A stretch of DNA of 64,000 nt, taken from contig DYGB01000002.1 of assembly GCA_020724905.1 (NCBI GenBank), forward strand, positions 29,425 to 93,424, read 5' to 3'. The notes under the pieces are model-generated. The model did not search any database and was not told the DNA's origin. It saw nothing but the letters and a program-made list of their open reading frames with translations. The DNA is from Candidatus Paceibacter sp. (GTDB taxonomy: Bacteria; Patescibacteriota; Minisyncoccia; UBA6257; JAGOQP01). Each line of letters starts with the position of its first letter. The first letter of the stretch is position 1. The translations under genes and the position numbers were made by a program. This document shows, one piece after another, positions 20,318 through 30,895 of this stretch.

Positions 20318-21037
20318 CTAGCGGTCGATAATAGTCCATCCATCTGGAACATGACATGGGGTTGGAAATTGTCGTACTTCTCCTGTCCCCTCCTGTTGTG
20401 CTGTAACAACAACTTGGATACAGGTTTCATCACTCCCCCACTTTTCTCCTGGTTGTGGGCTATAAAAAGGTATTGGAGTCTGGGATGCCTGAGGTGCTGG
20501 TTCTTTTTCACAGATAAGGGAAAGTTCTCCATTCTCAAGAGTGTAGTATTCTGTTGTTATTTCACTATACAGAGATGCTTCTTGAGGAATATTTTCTTGT
20601 GGGTTAACAATCAAGAGTGTACTTGCTGGATTGTATTGAATGTCAAAGTAACTTACCAAAGGAATTTGAAGAATGGTTCCATCAACTACATCTACAAATG
20701 CATGTCCCTGACAGTTTGTTCCACATCCCCAGCTTGCGATAGCATAAGTTCCTGCAATATCTACTCCCTCTGCTGCTCCTTCACTGATAGCAGTTCGGTA
20801 GGTACGAGCTTCAGGATAGGTTTCAAAGTTTACCTCTGCGATAGCTCCACTATAGACTTCTCCTTGAATAGGATAGTCTGAGAACTGTGGGCTACAGGAT
20901 GCTTGTTGAGACGGTGTTGGGGTCGACTGTTGATCAGTTGGTAATGGAGTTGTTTGATTATCTTGTAGTGATTGGATTACCACATATCCAACTGCGACAA
21001 GGATAATAACTCCTAATATAATAATAATGTTTCTCAT
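20318..21037 (-). CDS. Exported/membrane-anchored hypothetical protein
   Basis: N-terminal TM helix, P/T/Q-rich linker, WGCGTNCQ and CIQV..FPTPC Cys motifs. Confidence 0.8.
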   Translation of the reverse strand: MRNIIIILGVIILVAVGYVVIQSLQDNQTTPLPTDQQSTPTPSQQASCSPQFSDYPIQGEVYSGAIAEVNFETYPEARTYRTAISEGAAEGVDIAGTYAIASWGCGTNCQGHAFVDVVDGTILQIPLVSYFDIQYNPASTLLIVNPQENIPQEASLYSEITTEYYTLENGELSLICEKEPAPQASQTPIPFYSPQPGEKWGSDETCIQVVVTAQQEGTGEVRQFPTPCHVPDGWTIIDR

Positions 21038-21108
21038 AGTACTACATAGTATATCATATGTTTTTTATATACAAAAAAGGAGTCTACAATATCGTAGACT
21101 CCCTATAT

Positions 21109-21561
21109 TTATGAGGTGATATGCTTTGAAATTTTATGATTCGTTATAATTGCTATCGCCCCTCGGTGATGAGAGCGTAGAATTGGAGCATGAGGATAGG
21201 TAATTTCTTCTTCATCGAGCGTCATTACCTTCTTTATTTCCCAAGGGACCTTAGAAGAGAATGTTTCAGGCGCTTCTCCTGTCACATGTATTTTATACAT
21301 GTAGTAGGTGTAGTCCTGTTTCATTGCTTCGCTTGTTTTTTCAAGCAGCTGTCTTTGTTTGAAAAAATTAAGTCCGGTTTCTTCGTACAGCTCTCTGAGA
21401 GCTGTATCTTCCGGATTCTTGTCCAGAACCTTTTCTCGTTTTCCTCCGGGGACAGAAAGAAGATCTCTTTCTGCATTGTTTTTTTGTACAAATACTATAC
21501 GCATACGGTCTGACGTATGGTATATGAGATATACTCCTGCATACCAATTTTCTTGTGGCAT
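21109..21561 (-). CDS. NUDIX hydrolase
   Basis: PGGKRE...ALRELYEETGL Nudix box. Confidence 0.85.
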   Translation of the reverse strand: MPQENWYAGVYLIYHTSDRMRIVFVQKNNAERDLLSVPGGKREKVLDKNPEDTALRELYEETGLNFFKQRQLLEKTSEAMKQDYTYYMYKIHVTGEAPETFSSKVPWEIKKVMTLDEEEITYPHAPILRSHHRGAIAIITNHKISKHITS

Positions 21562-21632
21562 TAGTACCTCCTTTATGTAAATGAACTATTATTTTGTAAA
21601 TAGATGGTACAATATATGTACATATTTGTCAA

Positions 21633-22295
21633 CTATGAAGAACGAGGAAATCTTTTTGCTGCAGGAGGGTAGATTATTGTTAATGGATGATGTGTACAGT
21701 CATGTTTTCGAGCAGGACAGATCTCTCGCCCATAGGTTATGAACTGATAGGTAATATAATTCCATTTGTTAGATGGAACAAGTTCCATAAGATCGCGCTC
21801 TATACGAGGAGGATCAGTATAATCGGTAAGATTAAACTTGATAGCGAATCGTCGTACATGAGTATCAACTGCAATCCCCTCGTGTATACCAAATGCATTT
21901 GAAAGTACTACGTTAGCTGTTTTGCGTGCAACTCCAGGAAGTGTAAGTAGTTCTTTCATACTACGAGGAACTCTGTTGTTGTATACCGTGTGAATTCGCT
22001 TCGCACTCGCAAGAATGTGTTTTGCTTTGTTTTTATAAAATCCTGTTGGTCGTATATCCTTTTCAAATTGTTTTTGAGAAACAGAAAGATAGTTCTTAAA
22101 GGTAGGGTATTTTTTAAATAATACACGTGTTACTTCATTTACTTTTTTGTCTGTACACTGTGCTGAGAGCATAACCGCAACAAGAAGTTGCCAGTGCGTT
22201 TTATATGCAAGACTTATCTGTACATGCGGGAATAACGCATCAAGCGTTTTTGATATTTTTTTCATTCGTACCAATCGTTCTTTTTCTTTTGTCAT
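21633..22295 (-). CDS. nth: Endonuclease III
   Basis: LSAQCTD, LPGVARKTANVV, VDTHV; Fe-S motif incomplete. Confidence 0.93.
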   Translation of the reverse strand: MTKEKERLVRMKKISKTLDALFPHVQISLAYKTHWQLLVAVMLSAQCTDKKVNEVTRVLFKKYPTFKNYLSVSQKQFEKDIRPTGFYKNKAKHILASAKRIHTVYNNRVPRSMKELLTLPGVARKTANVVLSNAFGIHEGIAVDTHVRRFAIKFNLTDYTDPPRIERDLMELVPSNKWNYITYQFITYGREICPARKHDCTHHPLTIIYPPAAKRFPRSS

Positions 22296-22402
22296 GATGT
22301 GTATATACTATACCTGCTTGCATAGAGTATAGTATAGTTGACTTGATACTATTTACACAGTATTATATATACTATTGTTTTGTACATTAATAGGAGAATA
22401 TC

Positions 22403-22753
22403 ATGAGCATGCAAAAGACTGAATCATTTCGAAATTTTTTACTCGAACATCTTGACGTTACTGCATCACAAAATATTGTTTCGAGAAATTCTCTTATCGA
22501 ACATTCATTTCACTTTGTATTTGATGAAGTGGGAGAATCATTCTCATGGGAACTGTTTCATGCAGCCCTTGTGGTGTATGCAGATACGTTAGAAGGAAAA
22601 GTTACGCCAAAAGAAATCGCTTCGTGTCATATGGCATATAGTGCATTTTTAAAAAATCACTCTATGAAGATGATGGTTATGGCTGATCTGTTTCCTCTCC
22701 CCTCTGGGAAGAAGCAAGGTCTTCATGTAGTTTTAATTTTCTATCACACATAA
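22403..22753 (+). CDS. Hypothetical protein
   Basis: TTGACT-17-TATTAT promoter, SD AGGAG. Confidence 0.7.
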   Translation: MSMQKTESFRNFLLEHLDVTASQNIVSRNSLIEHSFHFVFDEVGESFSWELFHAALVVYADTLEGKVTPKEIASCHMAYSAFLKNHSMKMMVMADLFPLPSGKKQGLHVVLIFYHT

Positions 22754-22763
22754 GGAGGTAGGT

Positions 22764-23132
22764 ATGAATAATGATCCAATTTTTGACTTCTTTAAAAAAC
22801 TCCCCCAGGTTATTCCTGGGGTTACTCTTAAGGAAGAAGCTAAAACGATCCTAAGCTCTGATCTTTCTACTGACAATATCATTTTTTCTGTTGATGAATT
22901 TAATGATGAGACATGGGAAGAGATAGAGCGAGGGGTAAGAAATATCTTTGAACCAGCTGTTGTTCAAAGAACATTTCCTGCTACTCCTTCATCAACCGAT
23001 GGAGGAAGAGGGTATATTGTTCGTGCAGATCCCCTTTGGTTTATTACTTTTTCCCGAGCCCTTTCATATAAAAGGGGGAAAACAGAATTGCGTTGCTCAG
23101 TGCAGGGTAATAGGATAAGACCGTCTCAATGA
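22764..23132 (+). CDS. Hypothetical protein
   Basis: SD AAGGAGGT; followed by hairpin 23116-23140. Confidence 0.7.
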   Translation: MNNDPIFDFFKKLPQVIPGVTLKEEAKTILSSDLSTDNIIFSVDEFNDETWEEIERGVRNIFEPAVVQRTFPATPSSTDGGRGYIVRADPLWFITFSRALSYKRGKTELRCSVQGNRIRPSQ

Positions 23133-23137
23133 CGGTC

Positions 23138-23698
23138 TTATTTTCTGAAACATGTTGTTGTGTGGTCATTAACCATTCCTATCGCTTGCATATGTGCATA
23201 GGTGATGGTAGGACCAAAAAATGAAAACCCCCTCTTTTTTAGATTATCTGAGAGTTTTACTGCTTCGTCTATGTATTGAGGATACTGTGTGTGATCTGAG
23301 AATGAATGTTTGAGAGGAGTATTGTTTACAAATGACCACATATAAGAAGAAAACGTGCCAAACTCTTTCTGTATTTGTATAAATGCATGAGCATTTTGTA
23401 TCGTTGCTTCTATCTTCCTTCTATTGCGTATAATGTCTGAATTATTCATAAGTCGCTTTATATCAGCTTCTTTAAACTGAGCAACTTTATAGGGGTCAAA
23501 GTGTTTAAATGCCTTTCTGTATCCTTCTCGTTTGTGAAGGATTGTTTTCCAACTCAACCCTGCTTGAGCACTCTCAAGTACGATAAATTCAAACAGTGTT
23601 TGATCATCATATACGGGAGTCCCCCATTCTGTGTCGTGATAGGCCACATAGAGTGGATCATCGAGGGGAACCCATGAACATCGTAGTATTTCCTTCAT
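23138..23698 (-). CDS. tag: DNA-3-methyladenine glycosylase I
   Basis: RCSW, YHDTEWG, QAGLSW, IIRNRRKI, GMVNDH...C. Confidence 0.95.
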   Translation of the reverse strand: MKEILRCSWVPLDDPLYVAYHDTEWGTPVYDDQTLFEFIVLESAQAGLSWKTILHKREGYRKAFKHFDPYKVAQFKEADIKRLMNNSDIIRNRRKIEATIQNAHAFIQIQKEFGTFSSYMWSFVNNTPLKHSFSDHTQYPQYIDEAVKLSDNLKKRGFSFFGPTITYAHMQAIGMVNDHTTTCFRK

Positions 23699-23716
23699 AC
23701 CAAGAGGTTCTTTGTG

Positions 23717-24283
23717 TTACTCATTAGTGGTGAGAGTAACACGTTCTATGACTACATCTTCGAGGGGTTTATCCTGTGGGTCAACAGGAGTAGTGGCGAT
23801 TGCATCTACAACATCCATACCTTCTGTGACATATCCAAATATCGTGTAGTCATACGAAAGTGGGGAATCTTGATGAACGATAAAGAATTGACTCCCATTG
23901 GTATTAGGACCTGCATTTGCCATTGCTAGTGTCCCGCGAACATATCCTTTTTGAGCTATTGGAGAAGATGGGACAAATTCATCATCAAAGCTGTATCCTG
24001 GGCCTCCCATTCCTGTTCCTGTTGGATCTCCTCCCTGAATCATAAATCCTTCAATAACACGATGAAATATAACACCATCGTAAAATCCTTCTTTTGAAAG
24101 TGTTATAAAGTTCTCTACTGTCTTAGGTGCGAGTTCAGGATAGAACTCAAGTGTTATATCTCCTTTGTTTGTGTGTAGTGTTGCTTGCATAGGTGTGGTG
24201 GGGGTATCTGTTGATTGTGAAAAGAGAAGGTAGGCTCCTCCTAGTAGCACAATCGCAATACCAATACTAGTGATAATTTTCAT
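23717..24283 (-). CDS. Cyclophilin-type peptidyl-prolyl isomerase, membrane-anchored
   Basis: FHRVIEGFMIQGGDP, AMANAGPNTNGSQFFI. Confidence 0.95.
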   Translation of the reverse strand: MKIITSIGIAIVLLGGAYLLFSQSTDTPTTPMQATLHTNKGDITLEFYPELAPKTVENFITLSKEGFYDGVIFHRVIEGFMIQGGDPTGTGMGGPGYSFDDEFVPSSPIAQKGYVRGTLAMANAGPNTNGSQFFIVHQDSPLSYDYTIFGYVTEGMDVVDAIATTPVDPQDKPLEDVVIERVTLTTNE

Positions 24284-24322
24284 AGAACTAGTGTAACGTT
24301 TTTTTTCTTTTCTGGAAAGTAA

Positions 24323-25564
24323 TTAAGAAACGAAGGTGTATGCTTGTCCTGGTTTTCCTGCTCGTCCAGTACGTCCTATTCTATGAACATATTCTTCTCG
24401 AGTTTTTGGTTGATCAAAGTTAATAACATGACTGACGTTAGGGATATCAAGACCACGTGCTGCAACATCTGTTGCGACAAGAATCTTTACCTTTCCTTTT
24501 TTAAAGGCATCGAGTGCTCGTTGTCGTTGTGGTTGTGTTTTGTTTCCATGAATAGCAATTGCAGAAAATCCATTTTTTGTAAGGGTGTTGGCAAGGTTTT
24601 GTACCCCTCGCTTCATAGCTCCAAAGATAAGTACTTTTTCAAAATGTTGTTGGGACAACATGCGGATAAGTTCTTTTAACTTATCAGCTTCTGAACGTGC
24701 TCGGATAATATCTTGAGCAATGTGTTCCCCTCGTTCACTAGTGCGTACTGATATGGTTTGTGGTTCAGTGAGTAAAGCATCGAGGAATCGTGTTATCTCT
24801 GGTTGCATCGTTGCAGAAAAACAGAGTGATTGTTTCTTTTCTGGAAGTGTTTTTATGATAAAGGTGGTATCTGGTAAGAATCCAATATCAAGCATGTGAT
24901 CAACCTCATCAAGTACGAGTGTTGTGATGCGTTCAGCATTTAATGTATAGCCTCGTGTAATAAGATCTTTGAGACGTCCTGGTGTTCCAATAACAACATG
25001 AGGATTTCTTTTAAGTTCTTTCATCTGTCGTCTAATATTAAGACCTCCTACACAGAGTGTGGTATAGATCTTCATTGAGTGAGAAAATTCTCTAAATTCA
25101 TCTTGTATCTGCTGAGCAAGTTCACGGGTAGGGGTAATAATAAGAGCATGTTCTTTATGCTGACTTTTTATAAGTTTATTAATAATAGGAAGAACAAATG
25201 CTGCTGTTTTTCCACTTCCAGTATTTGCAATCCCTACTACATCTTTTCCTGCAAGAATATGAGGAATTGCTGTGTCTTGGATGCGTGTTGGATGTATGTA
25301 TCCTTTCTTTGCCAGGTTTGTTGTAATCTGAGGATGCAACTTAAAATCAGCAAACGTATGTGTTGGCGTATATGATTCCTCTTCTTGTGTACGAGGATTC
25401 TTGTTGATAAAGGTAGCATCAGTGAGTTTTGATGATGATGCGTATCGTCCTCGTCCTCCTCCTCTTCTAGTGCGATTGTATGGTGAGGAATGGTGTCTTT
25501 TTGTTTGAGTTCGTTTCGCAAAACGACTCCCCCTGTATGAGGGTTTTCTTGTTGATGTATTCAT
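24323..25564 (-). CDS. DEAD-box RNA helicase (RhlE-like, DEVD variant)
   Basis: TGSGKT, PTRELA, TPGR, LDEVD, SAT, ARGLD, HRIGRTGR. Confidence 0.94.
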   Translation of the reverse strand: MNTSTRKPSYRGSRFAKRTQTKRHHSSPYNRTRRGGGRGRYASSSKLTDATFINKNPRTQEEESYTPTHTFADFKLHPQITTNLAKKGYIHPTRIQDTAIPHILAGKDVVGIANTGSGKTAAFVLPIINKLIKSQHKEHALIITPTRELAQQIQDEFREFSHSMKIYTTLCVGGLNIRRQMKELKRNPHVVIGTPGRLKDLITRGYTLNAERITTLVLDEVDHMLDIGFLPDTTFIIKTLPEKKQSLCFSATMQPEITRFLDALLTEPQTISVRTSERGEHIAQDIIRARSEADKLKELIRMLSQQHFEKVLIFGAMKRGVQNLANTLTKNGFSAIAIHGNKTQPQRQRALDAFKKGKVKILVATDVAARGLDIPNVSHVINFDQPKTREEYVHRIGRTGRAGKPGQAYTFVS

Positions 25565-25668
25565 AGTTGTATATCGCTTTTGAACAGCGATATACTAAGG
25601 AAGTTTATCGAATATCGATATTCAATACGGTATGTGAATAATAGTATAGATGAGACTGAATGTCAAAT

Positions 25669-27471
25669 CTAGTCTTCTTTCTTTTGTTGTCGTACGTGCT
25701 TCTTTCTTTCGTGTTCGGTGAGATATTTCTTTCGAAGTCTCACATCAGTTGGGGTGATTTCAAGGTATTCATCATCGCGCATCATCCCCAATGCTTTTTC
25801 AAGGGTAAGGTCAAATGGTGGGGTAAGTTTTATTGCTTCATCTGATGATGATGCACGCATGTTGGTAAGTTGTTTTCCTTTTGTTGGATTAACTGTCATA
25901 TCCTCTCCTTTAGAGGTATATCCTACCACCATACCTTCATAGACTTCAGTTCCAGGGGTAATGTAGAGTACACCTCGTTCTTGAAGGCCCCCCAGAGCAA
26001 ATGCAAGAGCCTTTCCGTTTGTCATTGATACCATAGAACCATATTCTGTTTTTGTTATCGTACCTGCATAGGGAGCAAATGCATGAAAAATATTGGTAAG
26101 GATTCCCTCTCCTTTGGTGTCGATAACAAACGCATTCCTGTATCCAATCAGACCACGGGTAGGGACATGAAATACACATCGGGTATGACCCTGTTCTGTT
26201 TTCATATCTTTCATGATTCCTTTTCTGTTTCCGATCTTTTCCATAACAGCGCCAAGGTATTGATCGGGAACTAAGATGGTAACTTCTTCAAATGGTTCTG
26301 ATTTCACTCCATCAATCTCTTTGATGATGGTTTGTGGCTGTGAGACAGCCATTTCAAATCCCTCTCGTCTCATATGTTCAAGAAGTACGGCCAAGTGTAA
26401 CTCTCCTCGTCCAAGAATCTTAAATCCTTCTTCGCTTTCAAAATCAATCTGGAGTCCCACATTAATTTCAAGTTCTTTTTCAAGACGTTCTCGTAGTTGT
26501 CGTGAGGTAAGGAATTTTCCTGATTGCCCTGTAAAGGGAGAATCATTTACTACCATGTGGAGAGAAAGTGTTGGTTCATCAACATGAATTGCAGGAAGTG
26601 GTTCTGTGTCTGGGGTATGCATGAGTGTTTGTCCGATAAAGATATCAGGGAGTCCTGCGACCATGACAATATCTCCATTTCCAGCCTGCGCTACTTTTTT
26701 CTTCTCAAATCCTTCAAAGGTAAAGAGCTCTGCCACCTTTCCTTTAAGAAGAGTTCCCTTTGTATCTCTTGCAATAATGTTATCTCCTTTTTTAATCGTT
26801 CCTGCATAAATACGACAAATACCCATACGACCAAGAAAATTATCGTATGCAAGGTTAAATACCTGTGCTTGAAGTGGTTTTTCTGAAAGTGAAGGATCTG
26901 ATGCTGGAGGCACAATTTCAAGAATCATATCAAGAAGTGGGGTGAGATCTTTTCCTTCTTCTTCCATGGTTTTCTTTGCAATCCCCTTTCGTCCATCTGC
27001 ATAGATGGTATGGAAGTCTAGCTGTTCATTAGTTGCTCCTAATTCAAAGAACAGTTCATAGACTTCATCATGAGCTTTTTTCACATCAGCATTTGGTTTA
27101 TCTATTTTGTTTAACACCAAGATAGGATGAAGATTGAGTTCAAGAGATTTTTTGAGAACAAATTTTGTCTGTGGCATAGGGCCTTCTGCTGCATCAACGA
27201 CAAGAAGCACGTTATCAACAGAACGAAGTACTCGTTCTACCTCAGATCCAAAATCAGCATGTCCTGGAGTATCAAGAATGTTTATCTTTGTGTTGTTGTA
27301 GTAGGTAGAGGTGTTTTTTGCATAAATCGTAATACCACGTTCTAGTTCGAGCGCGTTTGAATCCATTGAAACTGTTCCATCCGACATTCCTGTTTGTTTG
27401 AGAATGTTGTCAGTGAGCGTTGTTTTCCCATGGTCAACATGGGCGATAATAGCGATATTTCTAATTTCCAT
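25669..27471 (-). CDS. typA: Translational GTPase TypA/BipA
   Basis: [44 protein letters not shown]. Confidence 0.96.
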   Translation of the reverse strand: MEIRNIAIIAHVDHGKTTLTDNILKQTGMSDGTVSMDSNALELERGITIYAKNTSTYYNNTKINILDTPGHADFGSEVERVLRSVDNVLLVVDAAEGPMPQTKFVLKKSLELNLHPILVLNKIDKPNADVKKAHDEVYELFFELGATNEQLDFHTIYADGRKGIAKKTMEEEGKDLTPLLDMILEIVPPASDPSLSEKPLQAQVFNLAYDNFLGRMGICRIYAGTIKKGDNIIARDTKGTLLKGKVAELFTFEGFEKKKVAQAGNGDIVMVAGLPDIFIGQTLMHTPDTEPLPAIHVDEPTLSLHMVVNDSPFTGQSGKFLTSRQLRERLEKELEINVGLQIDFESEEGFKILGRGELHLAVLLEHMRREGFEMAVSQPQTIIKEIDGVKSEPFEEVTILVPDQYLGAVMEKIGNRKGIMKDMKTEQGHTRCVFHVPTRGLIGYRNAFVIDTKGEGILTNIFHAFAPYAGTITKTEYGSMVSMTNGKALAFALGGLQERGVLYITPGTEVYEGMVVGYTSKGEDMTVNPTKGKQLTNMRASSSDEAIKLTPPFDLTLEKALGMMRDDEYLEITPTDVRLRKKYLTEHERKKHVRQQKKED

Positions 27472-27532
27472 ATACAGAAACGTCAATTAAAGCACAGATG
27501 GTGCTTAAAGGGAAGGAGTACTTGTGTATTTG

Positions 27533-27772
27533 TTATTCTTCCGTGTCTTCTTCTATGAGGTATGCAGGAAGCTTTCCACTGGTCATGAGCCACATCATCA
27601 GCCCTACTCCAAGGAAAACAACGCTCATAATGATATATCCTACCGTTCCCATCTCCCCTGCTTGAGAGCTAAAAAACTCCATGTAGGTGATAAATGCCCA
27701 GATAAGGATAAAGAGCGGGGTGATAACGTATCGTTGCCACCTAGGAAGAAATATCTTCTTTGTTTTTTTCAT
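27533..27772 (-). CDS. Small 2-TM hypothetical protein
   Basis: Two hydrophobic segments; ends GKLPAYLIEE. Confidence 0.75.
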   Translation of the reverse strand: MKKTKKIFLPRWQRYVITPLFILIWAFITYMEFFSSQAGEMGTVGYIIMSVVFLGVGLMMWLMTSGKLPAYLIEEDTEE

Positions 27773-27956
27773 GTAATTGTTTTTGCTTCTTACGAGCAAT
27801 AAATGTTTGACTTAAAAGAAAAGCGATAAAAAATGCCGCTCCTCCAGCAACAAGTTCCCATGTTGTGAGTGTTTCTTCTCGACTTGATTGAAGCAGCGCA
27901 TAGATTCCTGTATACACACACGCTGCAATAAGAGATGTGATTATTCTTCGTCTCAT
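27741..27956 (-). CDS. Small 2-TM hypothetical protein
   Basis: MRRRIITSL..., two hydrophobic segments. Confidence 0.65.
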   Translation of the reverse strand: MRRRIITSLIAACVYTGIYALLQSSREETLTTWELVAGGAAFFIAFLLSQTFIARKKQKQLHEKNKEDISS

Positions 27957-27976
27957 AGATAGTACTATAACTATTT

Positions 27977-28846
27977 TTATTGCGTTATACAATTGGTATA
28001 AGTGAGATCCATTTGGTTGTCTTTCATAACAAGAGCTTCATCCCCTTTACTCCAAAACACAAGTGATTCATCTGTATTTGCATATCGAATACCACTTGCA
28101 GAAATAGTTTGGGATAGTGTTTGTAGGGTTCCATCTAGTAATACCTCAACCTTCCCTGTTGGTGTTGGTGGCTCCCCTGCTTGTGGTGTTGGTGCATCAG
28201 GGCCTTTGTAATATGTGGCATAAATTGTTTTTTGAGCATCACAAACATACGTTGCTGTTGTGATAGGGGTGTAGGCAGGCATAACCTCTTTTCCTTCTTG
28301 TACGGTAAGCGTTTGTAATATTCTATGTACAACTCCGTCTATATCAAATGCTTCTCGTTCATTACTACACACTGTTTGTTGTGGATCATCATAATTTTCA
28401 CACCGTGGATACTGGAGGGTAAACTGAAGGGCGGCAATCATATCATTCCACATAGTTGTATAGGTATAGTCAGTGTATACAGATCCAGCTGCTCCCTCAC
28501 TAATAGCATGTATGCAGTATGTTTTTTGATCAACGAGCCTTTTAGCTATTCGTATTGGAAAACTACTTTCTTGAGGTGTTTCATTACATATAAGTGTATC
28601 TGATGATGTTATGGTAAGTGTCGGTGGCCAGATGGCTGTGCTAATATAGGTAGCTGTTAGCATCTCAGGGTATTGAAACGTTACCTGTTGTTCTGTGTCA
28701 ATCATTGTTTCCCAGGAATCAATAGGTTCTGGTTGGGAAGGGACATCTGTTTCTTCTGGTGTCATTCCTACAAGTATTATAACTATAAGAGATATTCCAA
28801 TAAGAAGCAGTCCTCGTATGAGTTTTGTTTTATGCTGTTGTTTCAT
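27977..28846 (-). CDS. Membrane-anchored protein with C-terminal MliC (lysozyme inhibitor) domain
   Basis: TYVCD...LSQTISASGIRY...FWSKGDEA...C, MliC signature. Confidence 0.8.
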   Translation of the reverse strand: MKQQHKTKLIRGLLLIGISLIVIILVGMTPEETDVPSQPEPIDSWETMIDTEQQVTFQYPEMLTATYISTAIWPPTLTITSSDTLICNETPQESSFPIRIAKRLVDQKTYCIHAISEGAAGSVYTDYTYTTMWNDMIAALQFTLQYPRCENYDDPQQTVCSNEREAFDIDGVVHRILQTLTVQEGKEVMPAYTPITTATYVCDAQKTIYATYYKGPDAPTPQAGEPPTPTGKVEVLLDGTLQTLSQTISASGIRYANTDESLVFWSKGDEALVMKDNQMDLTYTNCITQ

Positions 28847-28898
28847 GCATTTAAAGTATACACTTTTTTCTTTTGTTTTATAGGGTCTGTAGCATTAT

Positions 28899-30884
28899 TT
28901 ATAATGTAATACGTTTTAGCGTCATCGCATTTATAACTACGATGACTGTGGAGAGACTCATAAAAAGGGCTCCTATCTCTGGTCGTAGAAAGAATCCCCA
29001 TAGAGCAAACACTCCTGCAGCAGCAGGAATGGCTATGATGTTATATCCAAGGGCCCAGACAAGATTTTGAATCATCTTTACATATACTTTTTTTGATAGC
29101 GATATTAAGCGTGCAACATCTGCGGGATTATTATTCATCAGCACAACATCTCCTGCTTCAACAGCTACATCAGTACCTGCTCCAATTGCAACACCAATAT
29201 CTGCTTGTGTTAGTGCGGGAGCATCATTTACTCCATCTCCTACCATAAGAACTATATTCCCCTGATCTTGGAGTTTTTTAATATGGGTGTATTTATCTTC
29301 TGGAAGTACATTTGCAAAATAAAGATCAATGTCAAGTTGAGTTGATACTTTCTTTGCGACGTGTTCATTATCCCCCGTGAGCATAGCAACATGAATACCC
29401 ATACTGTGAAGATTTTCTATTGCTTGGGAGGATGATTCTTTTATAGCATCAGCAAGTGTAATATATCCCAATAGTTCTTCTTTATCTGCAACAAATACAA
29501 CTGTCTCTGTTATGGTATCTGGAGTACTATGATTGAGTTCGTTCATGAGTTTTTCATTACCGATAGCATAGACTACTCCATCTATTGTTGCCTCTACTCC
29601 CCTTCCTGATTTATTTTTGAAGTGTTCTATCTGAGCGAGTGATATATTCTTTGAACGTGCATGGGAGAGAATAGATTGTCCGATAATGTGAGATGATCCT
29701 TGTTCAAGAGATGCAGCAATACGAAGGATTTCATCTTCATCTTTTGTGCTCATACTTGTAACACCAGTAACTCCAAATACTCCTTCAGTTAAGGTTCCTG
29801 TCTTATCAAATATGACGTAATCAACCTTTTTAATGTGTTCTATTTTAGAAAGATCTTTTATAAAAAATCCATGTTTTACAGCAAGTGATGTTGCAATAGT
29901 GGTAACCGTTGGTATTGCAAGACCAAGTGCATGAGGGCATGCGATAACAAGGACGGTAATTGCTAATGTAATTGCAAATACAAATGTTTCCCCGACAACA
30001 AGTGTCCATATGAGCAATGTTGTAAGGGCGGTAATCCCCGCAATAAAGGTAAGTATAGCCGATGCCTTGTCAGCTATTTTTTGGGAGTGTGGTTTTGTTT
30101 TTCCTGCTTTTTCTATAAGTGTATAGATTTGTCCAACTGTTGAATGTTCTCCAACTCGTGTAAGGGTAATAAGGAGAGAGCCATCTATACAGAGGGAACC
30201 AGCCACAACAGAATCACCCTCTTCCTTTCGTATCGGTTTTGATTCACCACTAATGAGTGATTCATCTATATGTGCAGATCCTTTTGTGATGACTCCATCA
30301 GCAGGTATTTTCTGTCCTGGTTTAACAATAACAGTATCGTGTTCTTTGAGGTCTGATACCTCTACTTCCACCTCTTTTCCCTCTACTTGAGTAAGGGCTT
30401 TTTGAGGGAGGAGTTTTGTAACTTCTTGAAGTGCATTTCCAGCTGCACTACTTGATTTTGCTTCAAGGTAGTGTCCAAACAAAAGTATCCAGATCAAGGT
30501 GGATATCTCAAGATAGAATTCTGCATGGAGTGAAGAGATAAAGGTAGAAGCAACAGAAAATGTATATCCAGCTCCAGTCGCAAGAGAAACGAGTGTCATC
30601 ATTCCGTATTGACGACTTTGTATCTCATGCCATGCATGTTTGAAAAATACTAAAGAGAATCCAAAGATGAGTGTTGCGATACCGAATTGAATCCATGTAT
30701 TTATAGCAATATCAGGAAGAGCAAGTACTTGGGTGACTGTAGGGTGAAGAAGTGTAAGTGGTACCAAGAGAACAGTAACGATCCAGAATCGTTTTAAATA
30801 TGAGGATGCATCCCCATGACCCATTCCGTGTCCATGGGTATTATGTGTATGAGTATGTGTTTGTTTTGTGTGACAACAGTTCAT
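28899..30884 (-). CDS. Copper-exporting P1B-type ATPase (CopB-like, CPH)
   Basis: His-rich N-terminus, ACPHALGLA, DKTGT, GDGVND, YN..AIP, MSLST. Confidence 0.92.
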   Translation of the reverse strand: MNCCHTKQTHTHTHNTHGHGMGHGDASSYLKRFWIVTVLLVPLTLLHPTVTQVLALPDIAINTWIQFGIATLIFGFSLVFFKHAWHEIQSRQYGMMTLVSLATGAGYTFSVASTFISSLHAEFYLEISTLIWILLFGHYLEAKSSSAAGNALQEVTKLLPQKALTQVEGKEVEVEVSDLKEHDTVIVKPGQKIPADGVITKGSAHIDESLISGESKPIRKEEGDSVVAGSLCIDGSLLITLTRVGEHSTVGQIYTLIEKAGKTKPHSQKIADKASAILTFIAGITALTTLLIWTLVVGETFVFAITLAITVLVIACPHALGLAIPTVTTIATSLAVKHGFFIKDLSKIEHIKKVDYVIFDKTGTLTEGVFGVTGVTSMSTKDEDEILRIAASLEQGSSHIIGQSILSHARSKNISLAQIEHFKNKSGRGVEATIDGVVYAIGNEKLMNELNHSTPDTITETVVFVADKEELLGYITLADAIKESSSQAIENLHSMGIHVAMLTGDNEHVAKKVSTQLDIDLYFANVLPEDKYTHIKKLQDQGNIVLMVGDGVNDAPALTQADIGVAIGAGTDVAVEAGDVVLMNNNPADVARLISLSKKVYVKMIQNLVWALGYNIIAIPAAAGVFALWGFFLRPEIGALFMSLSTVIVVINAMTLKRITL

Positions 30885-30895
30885 ATATAGTTATG

